From Octopus vulgaris (taxonomy: Eukaryota), in the NCBI GenBank assembly GCA_951406725.2, contig OX597816.1:171058001-171122000 (forward strand): a stretch of 64,000 bases of DNA, written 5' to 3'. The notes under the pieces are model-generated. The model saw only the letters and a program-made list of their open reading frames with translations. It had not been told where the DNA came from and ran no database searches. The position numbers and the translations under genes were made by a program. Positions 13,364 through 25,639 of the stretch are shown here, one piece after another (within the stretch, counting starts at the first letter, position 1; the number at the start of each line of letters is the position of its first letter).

Positions 13364-14314
13364 GTATGTGTGTGTGTGTGTATACATACATATTTATATT
13401 ATATATATGTATATATATATATATACATGCACACACACACACATACTTGATAACTTCAAAGAATTTTGCGGTTTCTACATGTTGGGAGAAATTAGTTTGC
13501 TTCTATGAAATTCAACAACAATCCTAAAGTAATAAATATTTTTTTTATCTAGAATTAACCAATATATATTATGCTATCATGCTACGCTGATCAGTAGAGT
13601 TGATTTTTCTTTCCAAGCCGCTAATCTGATCCAACATCTAATTCATAAAAACATGTATATTACAATTTCTCTCTCAAATTCTTGTTCACAAGTGTATAAA
13701 ACTTAATATGTGTATGGGATAGTATGTGAGTGTGGTGTTTCTACTTGTGCGCTTATCTGTGCGTTGTGTGTGTATGTGTCAGGTACAGTGGAGTAGTAAA
13801 ACTCGTCTTACTTACTAGGTTGTGATATTCACGTTTCTCTACCATTTTGGAGAGTAATTGAATATTCATCTACGAAACTGGATGCCAAATACGAACGTTA
13901 ATGTAATGTGATAAAGGTTAGTTGAATAAGAAATCGATGAAATTTTGAAAAGGACATATAAATGAGGATTACAGTTGGCTATAACCAAAGTAGCTGAATA
14001 AATAATGTTTTTGATATATAGTTCAAACCTTTTTTTAACCAAGAACAGACAAATTGATCATCTCAAAAATGTTTCGTTGGAAAATGCGAAATATGTGCAA
14101 GAGTTTGAAGACTTGAAAAGTCTTTATCAAGTCTTTAACAAAGATTAATACCACCACCAACATCGCCCAACACATACACACTTGTTCGAGACTTCCAACG
14201 ACACATACCATCAGGTAATGATTTAGTATTAAATGATTAATTATATTCATTATATAATTACTTTCCTCCTTACGTTTATCGACAGCATATAAATGAAAAA
14301 AAAATTACATCCAG

Positions 14315-14586
14315 AGGCCCACAGTTCTTCAATATCCTCCCGAAGGACCTGAGAGACCTGCATGGGGTGGATGCAGATGTCTTTAAAAAAAACTGGATCT
14401 CTTCCTGTCAGGTGTCCCAGATGAACCAACTTCACGGCAGGAGGTGCAGATGAGGGCAGCTGCATCGAACTCTTTCATGCACCAAATGGCAATTGCTAAA
14501 AAGCATTCGTGAAGTAAAATCATGTAGCAACACCAAATGGCGGTGTCCCAGCATGGCCACGGCTCGTGAGCTGAAACTAGATAAAA
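14315..14586 (+). mobile_element. CR1/L2-like LINE 3' end
   Basis: GPQFFNILPKDLRDLHGVDADVFKK(K)LDLFLSGVPDEP...RAAASNS, then a 3' tail similar to the SINE family A tail. Confidence 0.7.
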
Positions 14587-15635
14587 TTTTAAAAAATGAA
14601 AAATAAATCTTTTCCAGTTGCATGTATATTTTCCACTCCACTGCTTATTTCAATGAATTATCAGTTTTGCTGTTGCCATCAGTAATTTTACAAATACACG
14701 CGTAGACGTTACTCATTCCAAAGAAGAAAACCTCACACAATTAAACCAAAGTGAGAGCTTGTGGGGGTGTTCGCTCTACCTGTTAATAATTGCAAACAAA
14801 CTTCCCTTAAATAGGAATATATTTGATAATGTAGTCCTAGATACACTGCGCCTGAAAGAATGGTGAGATGATCAGGGCTGTTCCTTCGTGTTTACCTAGG
14901 GCTCGACAACAACAAAATTTCTACACACACGTTTTATAAATAATTTCACATTTACTAAGAATACTACTTTAATATAAATGGCTGAATCTAACGTATACCG
15001 TCTTCTAGACACATTGTGGCTCCGTTTAAATACACATACATACATTCCACAGTTTTAACTTAATTCTGTTAGTTAATCTGGCAATTATATATCTAGTTAA
15101 GGCGATGAGCTAGCAAAGTCGTCACAACACCGGGCAAAATGCTTAGCGACATTCGTCTATCTTTACCTTCTGTCTTTAAATCCCACGAAGGTCGACTTTG
15201 CCTTTCATTCTTCAGGGCAGTTGAACATTGAGATCAATTTAATCGACATATCCTCTCTCACGAAATAGCTGGCCTTTGTACCAGAATTTGAAATCAATTA
15301 ACATCAGGTCATCTTCTCTCATTAGCGATTTCAGTATTCATCTCATTATGCTACTACAAGACACGGTTTCTTTCTCTGTACATTACCTCTCTAAATGTCT
15401 CCATATGTACCACACAAAGCCTAAACGAAGTCATATAATCCAAATTCCTATACTATTATTACAATTCTTGCTATTCTTTCACCAAACATCGATGTTCTCT
15501 CCAAACATTGCCACCAATAATATGCTGAAAAAGACTTTCCTTATTGGGCACAAGATCGAAAAATCTCTGTTCTATATCAATCCAGACAGTATAAAAAACA
15601 CAAACACACGCGCGCACACACACATACACACACAC

Positions 15636-15727
<92 letters not shown>

Positions 15728-15780
15728 GAAAAAACAAGTCAAAAATAGAAAATGCTAAGATAATTTTATAGTGAATCTTT

Positions 15781-15818
15781 CAGTACCGGTTTCGGTCATT
15801 TTGAGACCTTTTCAACTG
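15781..15818 (-). ncRNA. Type I hammerhead ribozyme, U3:A8 variant (inverted arm copy)
   Basis: Exact reverse complement of 20182-20219. Confidence 0.72.
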
Positions 15819-16211
15819 TAACGATTAAATAATTAAATTTAGAAAAATTAGAAGAAAAGTTTTTTTAAAAGAATATTTCTATAGTAGTGTTCAGATATAA
15901 GTAGCATTCTGCCTTTCTCTGACTCCCTTGTTTGCACTTGTGTGTTCGAGGTCGTTTTGAGTTCTTGGTAGGGTAGGTGAAGAATAAGGAGGCTGATGTG
16001 GAGAGGGGGTGGGGAAATCTGGGAATGCCTTGATGGTCGTATTTTGAATGGTCAGTGGCTGACAGCAGTCGCAGTTCAATTCAGGAATTGTTTATGGAAT
16101 TTGCGTAGGCTTTATACTGAAAGACATTAGTGACAAGGTTAAGGGGTGGAAGGTGGATAAGTAGAAGAAGAAGAAGAAGATGACGATGTTGATGATGATG
16201 ATGATGAAGAA

Positions 16212-16246
<35 letters not shown>

Positions 16247-16495
16247 AGAAGAAGAAGAAGAAGAAGAAGAAGGAGAAGGAGAAGATGATGGTGATGATGG
16301 TGGTGATGATGATGACGACGATGATGATGATAATGATGATGATGAAGAAGAAGAGGAAGAAGAAGAAGAACAAACAGAGAAGGGAGAATATGAATGGGTG
16401 AAAGTATAGCTGTGATGGGGATGATTAGTAATGGATTCTATGGAGTGTAATATTTGTGTGTGTATATATTTCTTTTATTCTAAAGTTGAGGTATA

Positions 16496-16924
16496 TTAAT
16501 TGTTTGTCGTAGACCCGTTAAGAAGTGGCTTGTATTTTGTAATAAAGAGATTTTCTTTACTTATTCGTTGTCTCGAGGTTGTATCGTCCCTAAATTGGTA
16601 GAGGGGGAAAATCCTGAAGTTTGGTGTTTTTTTGTTGGCGCAAGTATCTATGTGTTGGCTAAAAGCTATTTTTCTGTTTTGGGGAATTTTTATCTGGGAT
16701 CTGTGCAGGGCCATTCGTTTACGCAAACCATTTTTTGTTTGGCCTATGTACTGCTCTTGACACCCGGAGCAGGTTAGTGAGTATATTAGGTTCTCTGAAG
16801 CACATGTGAAGTTGCTTTTCACTGTAAACCGTGGTCCCTGTTTGAAGGAGAACTCTGATCCCTCAATTAGATAGTCGCATATCCCGCAATTGGGTCTTCC
16901 ACATTTTTTTACTGTCGGCTTCTG
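16496..16924 (-). pseudogene. GIY-YIG endonuclease domain copy in the inverted arm
   Basis: ORF 16496..16945: CGRPNCGIC...NLIYSLTCSGCQEQYIGQT...LRKRMALHR. Confidence 0.85.
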
Positions 16925-17229
16925 AGTTACCAAAAGAGTTACCAACGAAATCTCCGCCCCATAAACCGGTTAAACAACCATGCACAACAAACCCACTCCA
17001 CTTACAATGATTACCAACGAAGGCCTCCTAGAACACCACACCCGAATATGGGATATCGGGATGCTCTCCTCAATACTGCTCCAAGAACACACACCATAAA
17101 TCACAACAGGAGACCCCACATCAACAAAGAACAACTATATAATAGCTACCGTCCCAACCACCGCATTCATTTTTTAGACCCAATACGCAAACACAGAGAC
17201 ACAAGATAGCACCAAACAAGCAGGAGGAA

Positions 17230-19529
17230 CCAAAAGTAATAAAAATTATCAATCTAACTCACAAGGAACTAACAGCAAACCAAATAAACATACTTTCCAA
17301 AGGACTCAAGTTTACACCCACCCCACAACACCCCAACTACAACGAAATGAAAGAAGACATCGCAGAATTCTGCAGAAAATTAAGACTTACTGAGGAGCTA
17401 TACGATAAATACAACGAGGACGAAGTAACTACACCCCCTCGAAAGGTAAGAACAAAACACTTGATGATTTCTGTGACCACATATCTAATTACCCATATCA
17501 ACATATGCACAAACAAAAACACAAACCAAACTTCAGCAAAAAAGAATGGGCTGAGTTGAACAAATTAAAACAAGATAAAACAATAACAATCAAAGAGGCC
17601 GATGAAGGGAGTGCTGTTGTCTTAATGGATACGACATTTTACATAACTTTGGTACTATTTATGCTGGAAGACACAACATACTATGAAAAGGCACAAAACT
17701 ACAGTCAACAAAAATAATGAGGGAACTAAAATCCATATTAAACCCATACAAAGCAGGGCTCACCGACAAAGAATATGATTATATGACCAATTTCACACGT
17801 AAAACTAGCCAATTCTACGGTATACCTAAGATCCACAAAAGTGAAAAAATAAGCAACGCATGCAAGATAGCTACAGACAAAATAATTAAAGTCCCTAATC
17901 CTAAAGACCTCAAATTGAGACCCATAATAGCAGGTCCCGCATGCGAAACCCACCGCCTCAGTAACTTTTTAGACACCCTGTTAAAACCACTCCTCAAACA
18001 TGTCAAAAGCTATATAAGGGACGACTTAGATATGCTCAATCACCTACCGAATACTATAAACAAAAACACCATACTGGTATCCTTCAATGTAGTCAACCTC
18101 TACTCCAATATCCCCCACAACCTAGGACTAGAGGCAATCCAATTCTGGCTAGAGAATCACGCCAACGAACTACCACACCGCATCAAAAAAGAATTTGTGA
18201 TAGAAGGGGTTAAATTCATCCTGGAAAATAACTTCTTCGCCTTCAATGACAACTTCTACCGACAAAAATCGGGGACTGCGATGGGTACACGAATGGCCCC
18301 CTCCTTTGCCAACCTAGTCATAGGATACCTAGAGATCAGTCTGTATCGTAAGGTTCTAGAAAGATATGGCAGCCCTTTCTCCATCTACATAGAAAACAAC
18401 TGGAAGAGATATCTAGATGACTGTTTCATCCTTTGGCATAAAAATATAGAAAAACTCATAGAATTCCAGGAAATTTTAAACGGACTGGACGTAAACATCC
18501 AATTCACGATGGAATATAGCCAGCAACAACTCCCCTTCCTCGATATCCTCATTAAGAAAGCTAATAATATAATAGAAACAGACATATACTATAAGCCTAC
18601 AGACTCTAAGCAATATCTTCCATTCAATTCATGCCACCCCAGACACACCAGGATGAATATCCCCTTCAATTTAGCAAAAAGGATATGCACTATAGTCTCT
18701 AACGCAAACACCAGAGACACACGACTACAAGAACTAAAAGATACCCTTATCACCAGGAACTATCCACCTTCACTTATTGACAAGTGCATTCAACGTGCCC
18801 TTCAACTTAACATCAAGGAACTGAGACATCCCAAATCAAAGAAAAACTTACAACCAAAAGCCTTACCATACATCTCCACACACAACCCTCTCAATAACGA
18901 AGCCTTCGGCACCATCCTCCACAACATACCCCTCCTAAAAAAAGACCACAGAATGAACACAATCCTCCAAACACACACGATCATAAAAAGCAAAAGACAG
19001 CCTAGATCCATGAAAAATCTCCTAACACAAGCCCGAATTCACTCTTCAACACAGAAGCCGACAGTAAAAAAATGTGGAAGCCCGAATTCACTCTTCAACA
19101 CAGAAGCCGACAGTAAAAAAATGTGGAAGACCCAATTGCGGGATATGCGAATATCTAATTAAGGGATCAGAGTTCTCCTTCAAACAGGGACAACGGTTTA
19201 CAGTGAAAAGCAACTTCACATGTGCTTCGGAGAACCTAATATACTCACTAACCTGCTCCGGGTGTCAAGAGCAGTACATAGGCCAAACAAAAAATGGTTT
19301 GCGTAAACGAATGGCCCTGCACAGATCCCAGATAAAAATTCCCCAAAACAGAAAAATAGCTTTTAGCCAACACATAGATACTTGCGCCAACAAAAAAACA
19401 CCAAACTTCAGGATTTTCCCCCTCTACCAATTTAGGGACGATACAACCTCAAGACAACGAATAAGTAAAGAAAATCTCTTTATTACAAAATACAAGCCAC
19501 TTCTTAATGGGTCTACGACAAACAATTAA
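17230..19529 (+). pseudogene. PLE polyprotein (RT + GIY-YIG), frameshifted
   Basis: N-terminal LSKGLKFTPTP and IKEADEGSAVVLMD. RT motifs FYGIPKIHK, LRPIIAG, SFNVVNLYSNIP (catalytic D appears as N), QKSGTAMG, RYLDDCF, LPFLD and YYKPTDSKQYL. GIY-YIG lies in ORF 19074..19529. Frameshifts near 17440 and 17715 and at the 49-bp duplication. Confidence 0.92.
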
Positions 19530-19653
19530 TATACCTCAACTTTAGAATAAAAGAAATATATACACACACAAATATTACACTCCATAGAATCCATTACTAA
19601 TCATCCCCATCACAGCTATACTTTCACCCATTCATATTCTCCCTTCTCTGTTT

Positions 19654-19838
19654 TTCTTCTTCTTCTTCTTCTTCTTCTTCATCATCATCATTATCATCAT
19701 CATCGTCGTCATCATCATCACCACCATCATCACCACCATCTTCTCCTTCTCCTTCTTCTTCTTCTTCTTCTTCTTCTTCTTCTTCTTCTTCTTCTTCTTC
19801 TTCATCATCATCATCAACATCGTCATCTTCTTCTTCTA
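19654..19838. repeat. (TCT)n/(TCA)n trinucleotide array inside the PLE 3' UTR (mirrored at 16163-16370)
   Basis: Direct inspection. Confidence 0.9.
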
Positions 19839-20181
19839 CTTCTCCACCTTCCACCCCTTAACCTTGTCACTAATGTCTTTCAGTATAACGCCTACGCAAA
19901 TTCCATAAACAATTCCTGAATTGAACTGCGACTGCTGTCAGCCACTGACCATTCAAAATACGACCATCAAGGCATTCCCAGATTTCCCCACCCCCTCTCC
20001 ACATCAGCCTCCTTATTCTTCACCTACCCTACCAAGAACTCAAAACGACCTCGAACACACAAGTGCAAACAAGGGAGTCAGAGAAAGGCAGAATGCTACT
20101 TATATCTGAACACTACTATAGAAATATTCTTTTAAAAAAACTTTTCTTCTAATTTTTCTAAATTTAATTATTTAATCGTTA

Positions 20182-20219
20182 CAGTTGAAAAGGTCTCAAA
20201 ATGACCGAAACCGGTACTG
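20182..20219 (+). ncRNA. Type I hammerhead ribozyme, U3:A8 variant, in the PLE 3' pLTR
   Basis: CAG-TTGAAAA-GGTC tcaaaat GACC-GAAA-CCGG-TA-CTG: stem I CAG/CTG, stem II GGTC/GACC, palindromic stem III ACCGGT, predicted GUA cleavage after 20216. Confidence 0.72.
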
Positions 20220-20306
20220 AAAGATTCACTATAAAATTATCTTAGCATTTTCTATTTTTGACTTGTTTTTTCATATATATCAACTCGTGTGTTCCTTTCC
20301 ACCCTT

Positions 20307-20402
<96 letters not shown>

Positions 20403-20436
20403 ATGTATATGTATATATATATATGTGTGTATGTAT

Positions 20437-20737
20437 GGAGGCGCGATGGCCCAGTAGTTAGGGCAGCGGACTCGCGGTCGTAGGATCGCGGTTTCGATTC
20501 CCAGACCGGGCATTGTGAGTGTTTATTGAGCGAAAACACCTAAAGCTCCACGAGGCTCCGGCAGGGGATGGTGGCGATCCCTGCTGTACTCTTTCACCAC
20601 TCTTTCTCTCACTCTTTTCTCTGTTGGCCTGCTCGCTTAGCCAGCGGAGTGGCGTCATTTGAAGGCTAAAACAATGCAAAGCGCATTGTGACCAGCGATG
20701 TGTAGCAACATCTGATAGTCTGGTCGGGCACGGTGCT
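20437..20737 (+). mobile_element. tRNA-derived SINE family B (tail type 1)
   Basis: Head GGAGGCGCGATGGCCCAGTAGTTAGG (A box) ... GGTTTCGATTCC (B box). Confidence 0.85.
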
Positions 20738-20835
20738 CAAGGGGATATATATATATATACATATCAACTAGGCATCACCTTTTCTTCCCTAGAAATCAAA
20801 TAGCATGTCCAATAATGGTTATTATCTGCTAATTT

Positions 20836-21030
20836 TGAGCTGCCAGAACTGTTAGCACACCGGCGAAGTGGTTAGTAGCATTTCGATTTCGTCCGTCTTT
20901 ACGTTCTAGTTTCAAATTCCGCCGAGGTCGACTTTGCTTTTCATCCTTTCGGGGTCATAAAATAAGTACCAGTTGAACATTCGACTTACCCCGCCCTTGA
21001 AATTGCTGGCCTTGTGCTAAAATTTGAAGT
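20836..21030 (+). mobile_element. SINE family C, degenerate
   Basis: TTCAAATTCCGCCGAGGTCGACTTTGC...TCATCCTTTCGGGGTC, shared with 47171-47392. Confidence 0.75.
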
Positions 21031-21344
21031 TAATATTTCGTACGACTTTGAGCTCTGAGTTCTCGTATTGTTCCTCCTTGGCTAACATTTCATTTTATTT
21101 GATATTGTTAATAAGCCTTAAAATATCCAAGATAAAATAAAAATCTCCCTTCAAGCCAATATCATGAATTTAACCAGTTTAAAGTAGTTCTTTTCTTGAG
21201 CACATGTACTAGATTGTGATTACAAAAAACCTGAAAGAAAATAATTTGGGATGAAACTCACTTTTCATTTCATCATGGAAACAATCAACATATTTTACTT
21301 AATGTCTCTTTTTCATTTAAACAACTCGCATTTTTCGTCGATAA

Positions 21345-21553
21345 CACTGGATAATAAAAAAAAGAATTTGTAATTTATTTTAGTTTTTTCAACTGGTTTA
21401 GAACAATTTTGCACCGCTAAATCCGAAAATGACATCCCTTTCTCACGATCAGGTCAGGTTTCTATACTAAGTTGATTTTTTAAAAAATCCGATCTTCTGA
21501 CTAAATTGATTACATTTTTCTGACATTATCGGTTGACTTTTGTTAATGTGCGC

Positions 21554-21593
<40 letters not shown>

Positions 21594-23758
21594 TGCTTTG
21601 GATATTATTCATTAGATTGATTACATTTTTCTGACATTATCGGTTAATTTTTGTTAATATTTCTCATTCGAAATAGGTTTTTAAGATAAAAAGTTGCTTT
21701 CTAACACAATTTATTAATTAAATGTTACAAACTTCGATTACTTTAAATTGAATAGTAGACACTGATAAAATTAAATACATGTAAATTAAATGTTATGTTA
21801 TCATTGTTCAAAATTCGGGGCTTGAACTTGCGTTTATTCGAACCTCTAGAAAGCTGAATGGCAGAAATGTCTCTCTTCAGAGTCCAACAGTAATCTACCA
21901 ACATGACTGCATTTCAGCGTCCCTGATACATGGTCTCCATTTCTTTCATGTCCTGATGGAATCTCTCTCCCTGCTCGTCTCTCGTTGATCCCAGGTTCTC
22001 AGGAAACCGATCCATATGTGAGAATAAGTAATGCATTTTAATGCTCATGTGGCATTCGAGATTTCTGAAAGCACAGTCAGAATATTGGTGACAAGTTCTG
22101 CGTAGTTCCTCACCTTGTTGTTGCCAAGAAAGTTCTTCACGATCAAAAAAAACTTCCACGATTCCAGTTCCACTTCGTTCATTGAGTTTTCAAACTCATG
22201 TTCTCTGATGAGCTGACGGATTTGAGGACCATCAAGATGCCAGTTTTCAATTTCTCAATAATCAATCCTGGAAAAGCCTGGCACAAGTAAGTGAAGTGGC
22301 CACCATCCTTGTCCAGAGCTTTGGTGAACGGCTTGATCATGCCGTGCTTGATGTGCTGTGGTGGAAAGAGTATTCTGTCTCTGTCCACCAAAAGGTTGTC
22401 TATGATGTTCTTAGCTTTACAAGGCACCAATTCCTCCCTCAAAAGACAGCCCTTCTTCTTGTAATACTGAGCAGTGTCCCTACTATCCGACATGCAAAGA
22501 AAGCATGGGTACTCGGTGAACCCAGACTGTTGTCCCAACAAAAATTCACCATCTTCAGGTCAACACAAATAAACCACTGATGCTGATCATAACCAATTTT
22601 CTCCAGCACATACTTCACCCCTTCATACTTCTCCTTCAGTGTAGTCGAGCGATCGAAGGGTAAAGAGGTAAACTGGTTGCCGTTGTGCAGCAGAACATAT
22701 TTCAGCGATCGCTTGCTGCTGTCAATGAATAGTCTCCAATCTTTGGGTTTGTACTGTGGCACTCCAAGCTTATGCAGAAGATGAGCAATACACCAAGTAC
22801 AGTACACCAAGTTCATCTCTTCAGAGAAAAAAACGGATGTATTCTTGATGCCTGTTGCAGTAGAAGCTGATGCGAGCATTGTCAGAGAGGAGGTGTTTTT
22901 TTCCTTCAATCTGGATGCCAACAGTTCGGCAGAGAACTTTGACAATCCGAGATCGAGAACTAGATCATTTAGCTCCTCTCTTGGAAAAAGGATGTGGAGC
23001 ATCATCGTCAAGAACTACTTCTTCTTCACCTTGAACACTGGAGGATTCTTCGTCACTAGTGTCAGGAAGTTCTCCGAAGACAAGTACTGGAATTTCATCC
23101 CAGTGAGCTACTGGACGACGTGTTAATTGAAGATCAGAATACTTGGGGCTGCTCCTGTTCCTTCTGTTGATCCCAGTCACATCAACAATGCAGAAATAGC
23201 AGTCAGTGCCATAGTTTGTCGGTTCCCTCCAAACCATCGGAATTCGAAACTTCAGACAACTCCTCTTTTCCTTGGTCCACTAACGCATATTCTCGGTGCA
23301 TACTTTGCATAACATAGGTGGCGCACAAGCTTCATCCTAGTCGCCAAGTTTAATACCAAAATAAGGATAGTAAGCACGTTTTATGAAACTGGATTCCTGT
23401 TAGGAACAATGGTGTATTCACCGGTGATGTAGCAGAATACGTTGGGCTTACATTTGCAAGATCTTCTGGTCCAAGCCATTTCATTCACCTGTAAAATAAA
23501 AATACTAATTAGTGATAGACAAGCGCATACAAACTCTTCTGAGTTCATTTATTTCGAGAAATAATAAAGAATTTTGCATCATATAAAGCAAAAATACCCG
23601 TACATGTAAACAAAAACGTAAAAAACAACATGTGGCCATAGTTCAAAATGTTGGCCTGATAGAGCAAAACTAATGTGATTTTTGGATTTAGCTCATTAGA
23701 ATTGACCTAAATCAGCTAAAAAAATTTAGACTATAATAAATTCCAAGATTGTCTGCTG
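21345..23758 (-). mobile_element. Chapaev3-like (CMC superfamily) DNA transposon, defective
   Basis: CAC terminus and subterminal inverted repeats (GCTAAATCC.AAAAT.ACAT...ATCAGG.CA). Frameshifted transposase ~21800-23480 with WREP...DCYFC, ELNDLVLDLGLSK..AELLASRL, WRLFIDSSKRSLKYVLLHNGN, DLKMV..LGQQSGFTEYPCFLC and KMHYLFSH...DEQGERFHQD. Superfamily name is from recall. Confidence 0.75.
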
Positions 23759-23984
23759 GTACTTTGCAAAAGATGGAATCAGGAAAATACTAACGAAATT
23801 ATAGAAGTACAATATAATCCGATATTCAACGTTTTATTACCAACCTAAATTTATATTATCTCTTACCCTTCTGAAGAAGTTAAATATAATGGAAATATCG
23901 TGTCCTCATTAATTGTATTCGTTGCAGATGAACGAGTGACTGAAAATGTAACAATCGACCAAACTACATTCTGTAATCTTTTCA

Positions 23985-24218
23985 TCTTTTACTTGTTTCA
24001 GTCATTGGACTTCGACCATGGTGAGGCACCGCTTTGACCCCAGCACTTATTTTTTAAAGCCTGATACTTATTGTAGCAGTCATTTTTGCCGAACTGATAA
24101 GTTAGTGCGGCGTAAACATCGGTTGTCAAGCGATGAAGGGACAGATACACACATACATATACACACACATATACACGCACGCGCACGCACGCACACACTC
24201 ACATATACACATATGCAT

Positions 24219-24264
<46 letters not shown>

Positions 24265-24428
24265 CATGGATGTATACACACATATAAGCGACGAGCTTCT
24301 TTCCGTCGACCAAATCTACTTACAAGACTTTGGTCAGCCCGGTATTATAGCAGAAGACACTTGCATAAAGAACCAAGCGGGGACACTGAACCCGATGCCA
24401 TGTGATTGGAAAGGGAACTTTTAGCCAT
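23985..24428 (-). mobile_element. SINE family A with expanded internal (CA)/(TA) tract
   Basis: Collinear with 40501-40906. Confidence 0.8.
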
Positions 24429-25560
24429 ACTATTTTCCCGATAAGACTCTTAGAATATCTAACACTATATAGCATATTTGACGAATAACTCATTGCCTAG
24501 CTGCAAAACCCTAGCAGTAATATGTTTAAAAACTTTAGAAGGATATTGTATCGGAAACTTAAGACAGAAACATTCAGTAAAAATTCATAATGGCAATTAA
24601 ATTTTTTTTTATTTAAGCGGGGTGTTCTTCACTCTCAATAATAAACACTTAAAAATGCACATTCTTGGTCACAAGAATTGATGGAGTTAAAGGTCAAGAT
24701 GATAAGGTAATCGATCTGCCAGAAGTAATTATTCTCAACTGCGTATTGAAAATAATTAATTCTTTGTAATATGTCCAATGTTTTGATAATTTTTGCAGAC
24801 GTCAATGACTTTGATCAAATTTCTAAACTAGCGGGACAGGCTGAAGGATTTGTTCTAATAACGTAACTTTTATAATGTTACTGATTCATGAATAATCTAC
24901 AAATTATTCAATTGAAAGATTGCCAATTCACCAAAATATCAGAGATTGTCGACACGATGCGAGATAGCAACTATTATAAAAATGTCTGTTGATACAAAAT
25001 CCGACAATAATTGTTTACACTCGCTTCAATGGACGCCAAAAATTATTGATGGAAGTTTTTTGGTTGGTTTGTTTGCTTTCTTCTTGTCTCGAGATGGAGA
25101 TGAAACTCAATACAGCTACAAGTATTAAGGAAGCAATTCAAAAATATCGAAAACGTTGGAAAGTATTGACACGATACATTCAAATACAAATAAAGAGAAA
25201 TAGATATTTACTTGGATATAGACTTTCTACCGGATATATATCTACTGGATATATTTATTTGGATATAGACTATCTACTGGATATTAAAACACAAAGGCTA
25301 TATAACAAGACAAAACTAATCAGATAAAAAGAAATCCCTTGACTTTATTGTTAGGTTAGTCCATGTTTGTTAATTACTGTAAATGATTTGTTGTTAAAAA
25401 CAAAGACAGTTAGAAGAAATATTTTTCAGAGATGACACAACAAATAGTTAACATATGTCTTTGGAAGATCTTGAAATTTACTTTCCCATGATTGAAACGT
25501 GCTGTTTTATCAATACAGTCGTAATCTAGTTGTATAATAATAATGATAATAATAATGATG

Positions 25561-25638
<78 letters not shown>

Positions 25639-25639
<1 letters not shown>

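Larger units (their letters stand above)
15720..20310 (+). mobile_element. Penelope-like element (Neptune type), 5'-truncated, with inverted 3'-end duplication, embedded in (TA)n
   Basis: RT plus CxxxxCxxC linker plus GIY-YIG; 15720-16924 is the reverse complement of 19101-20280; (TA)n tracts on both sides. Confidence 0.93.

Noticed and set aside
14070-14200. GKCEICAR / NIAQHIHTC peptides resembling a PLE linker and GIY-YIG
   Set aside because: Too short and degenerate to support a call
15891-16079. Identical 62-aa ORFs at 15891..16079 and 19921..20109
   Set aside because: Incidental ORF (non-ATG start) in the duplicated PLE 3' UTR
20437-20515. tRNA-like sequences with A and B boxes
   Set aside because: They are SINE heads with no complete cloverleaf and continue into SINE bodies
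22205-22230. CTGATGAG in the Chapaev region (also CTGATGA at ~25797 and ~55557)
   Set aside because: No stem II/GAAA arrangement; chance matches
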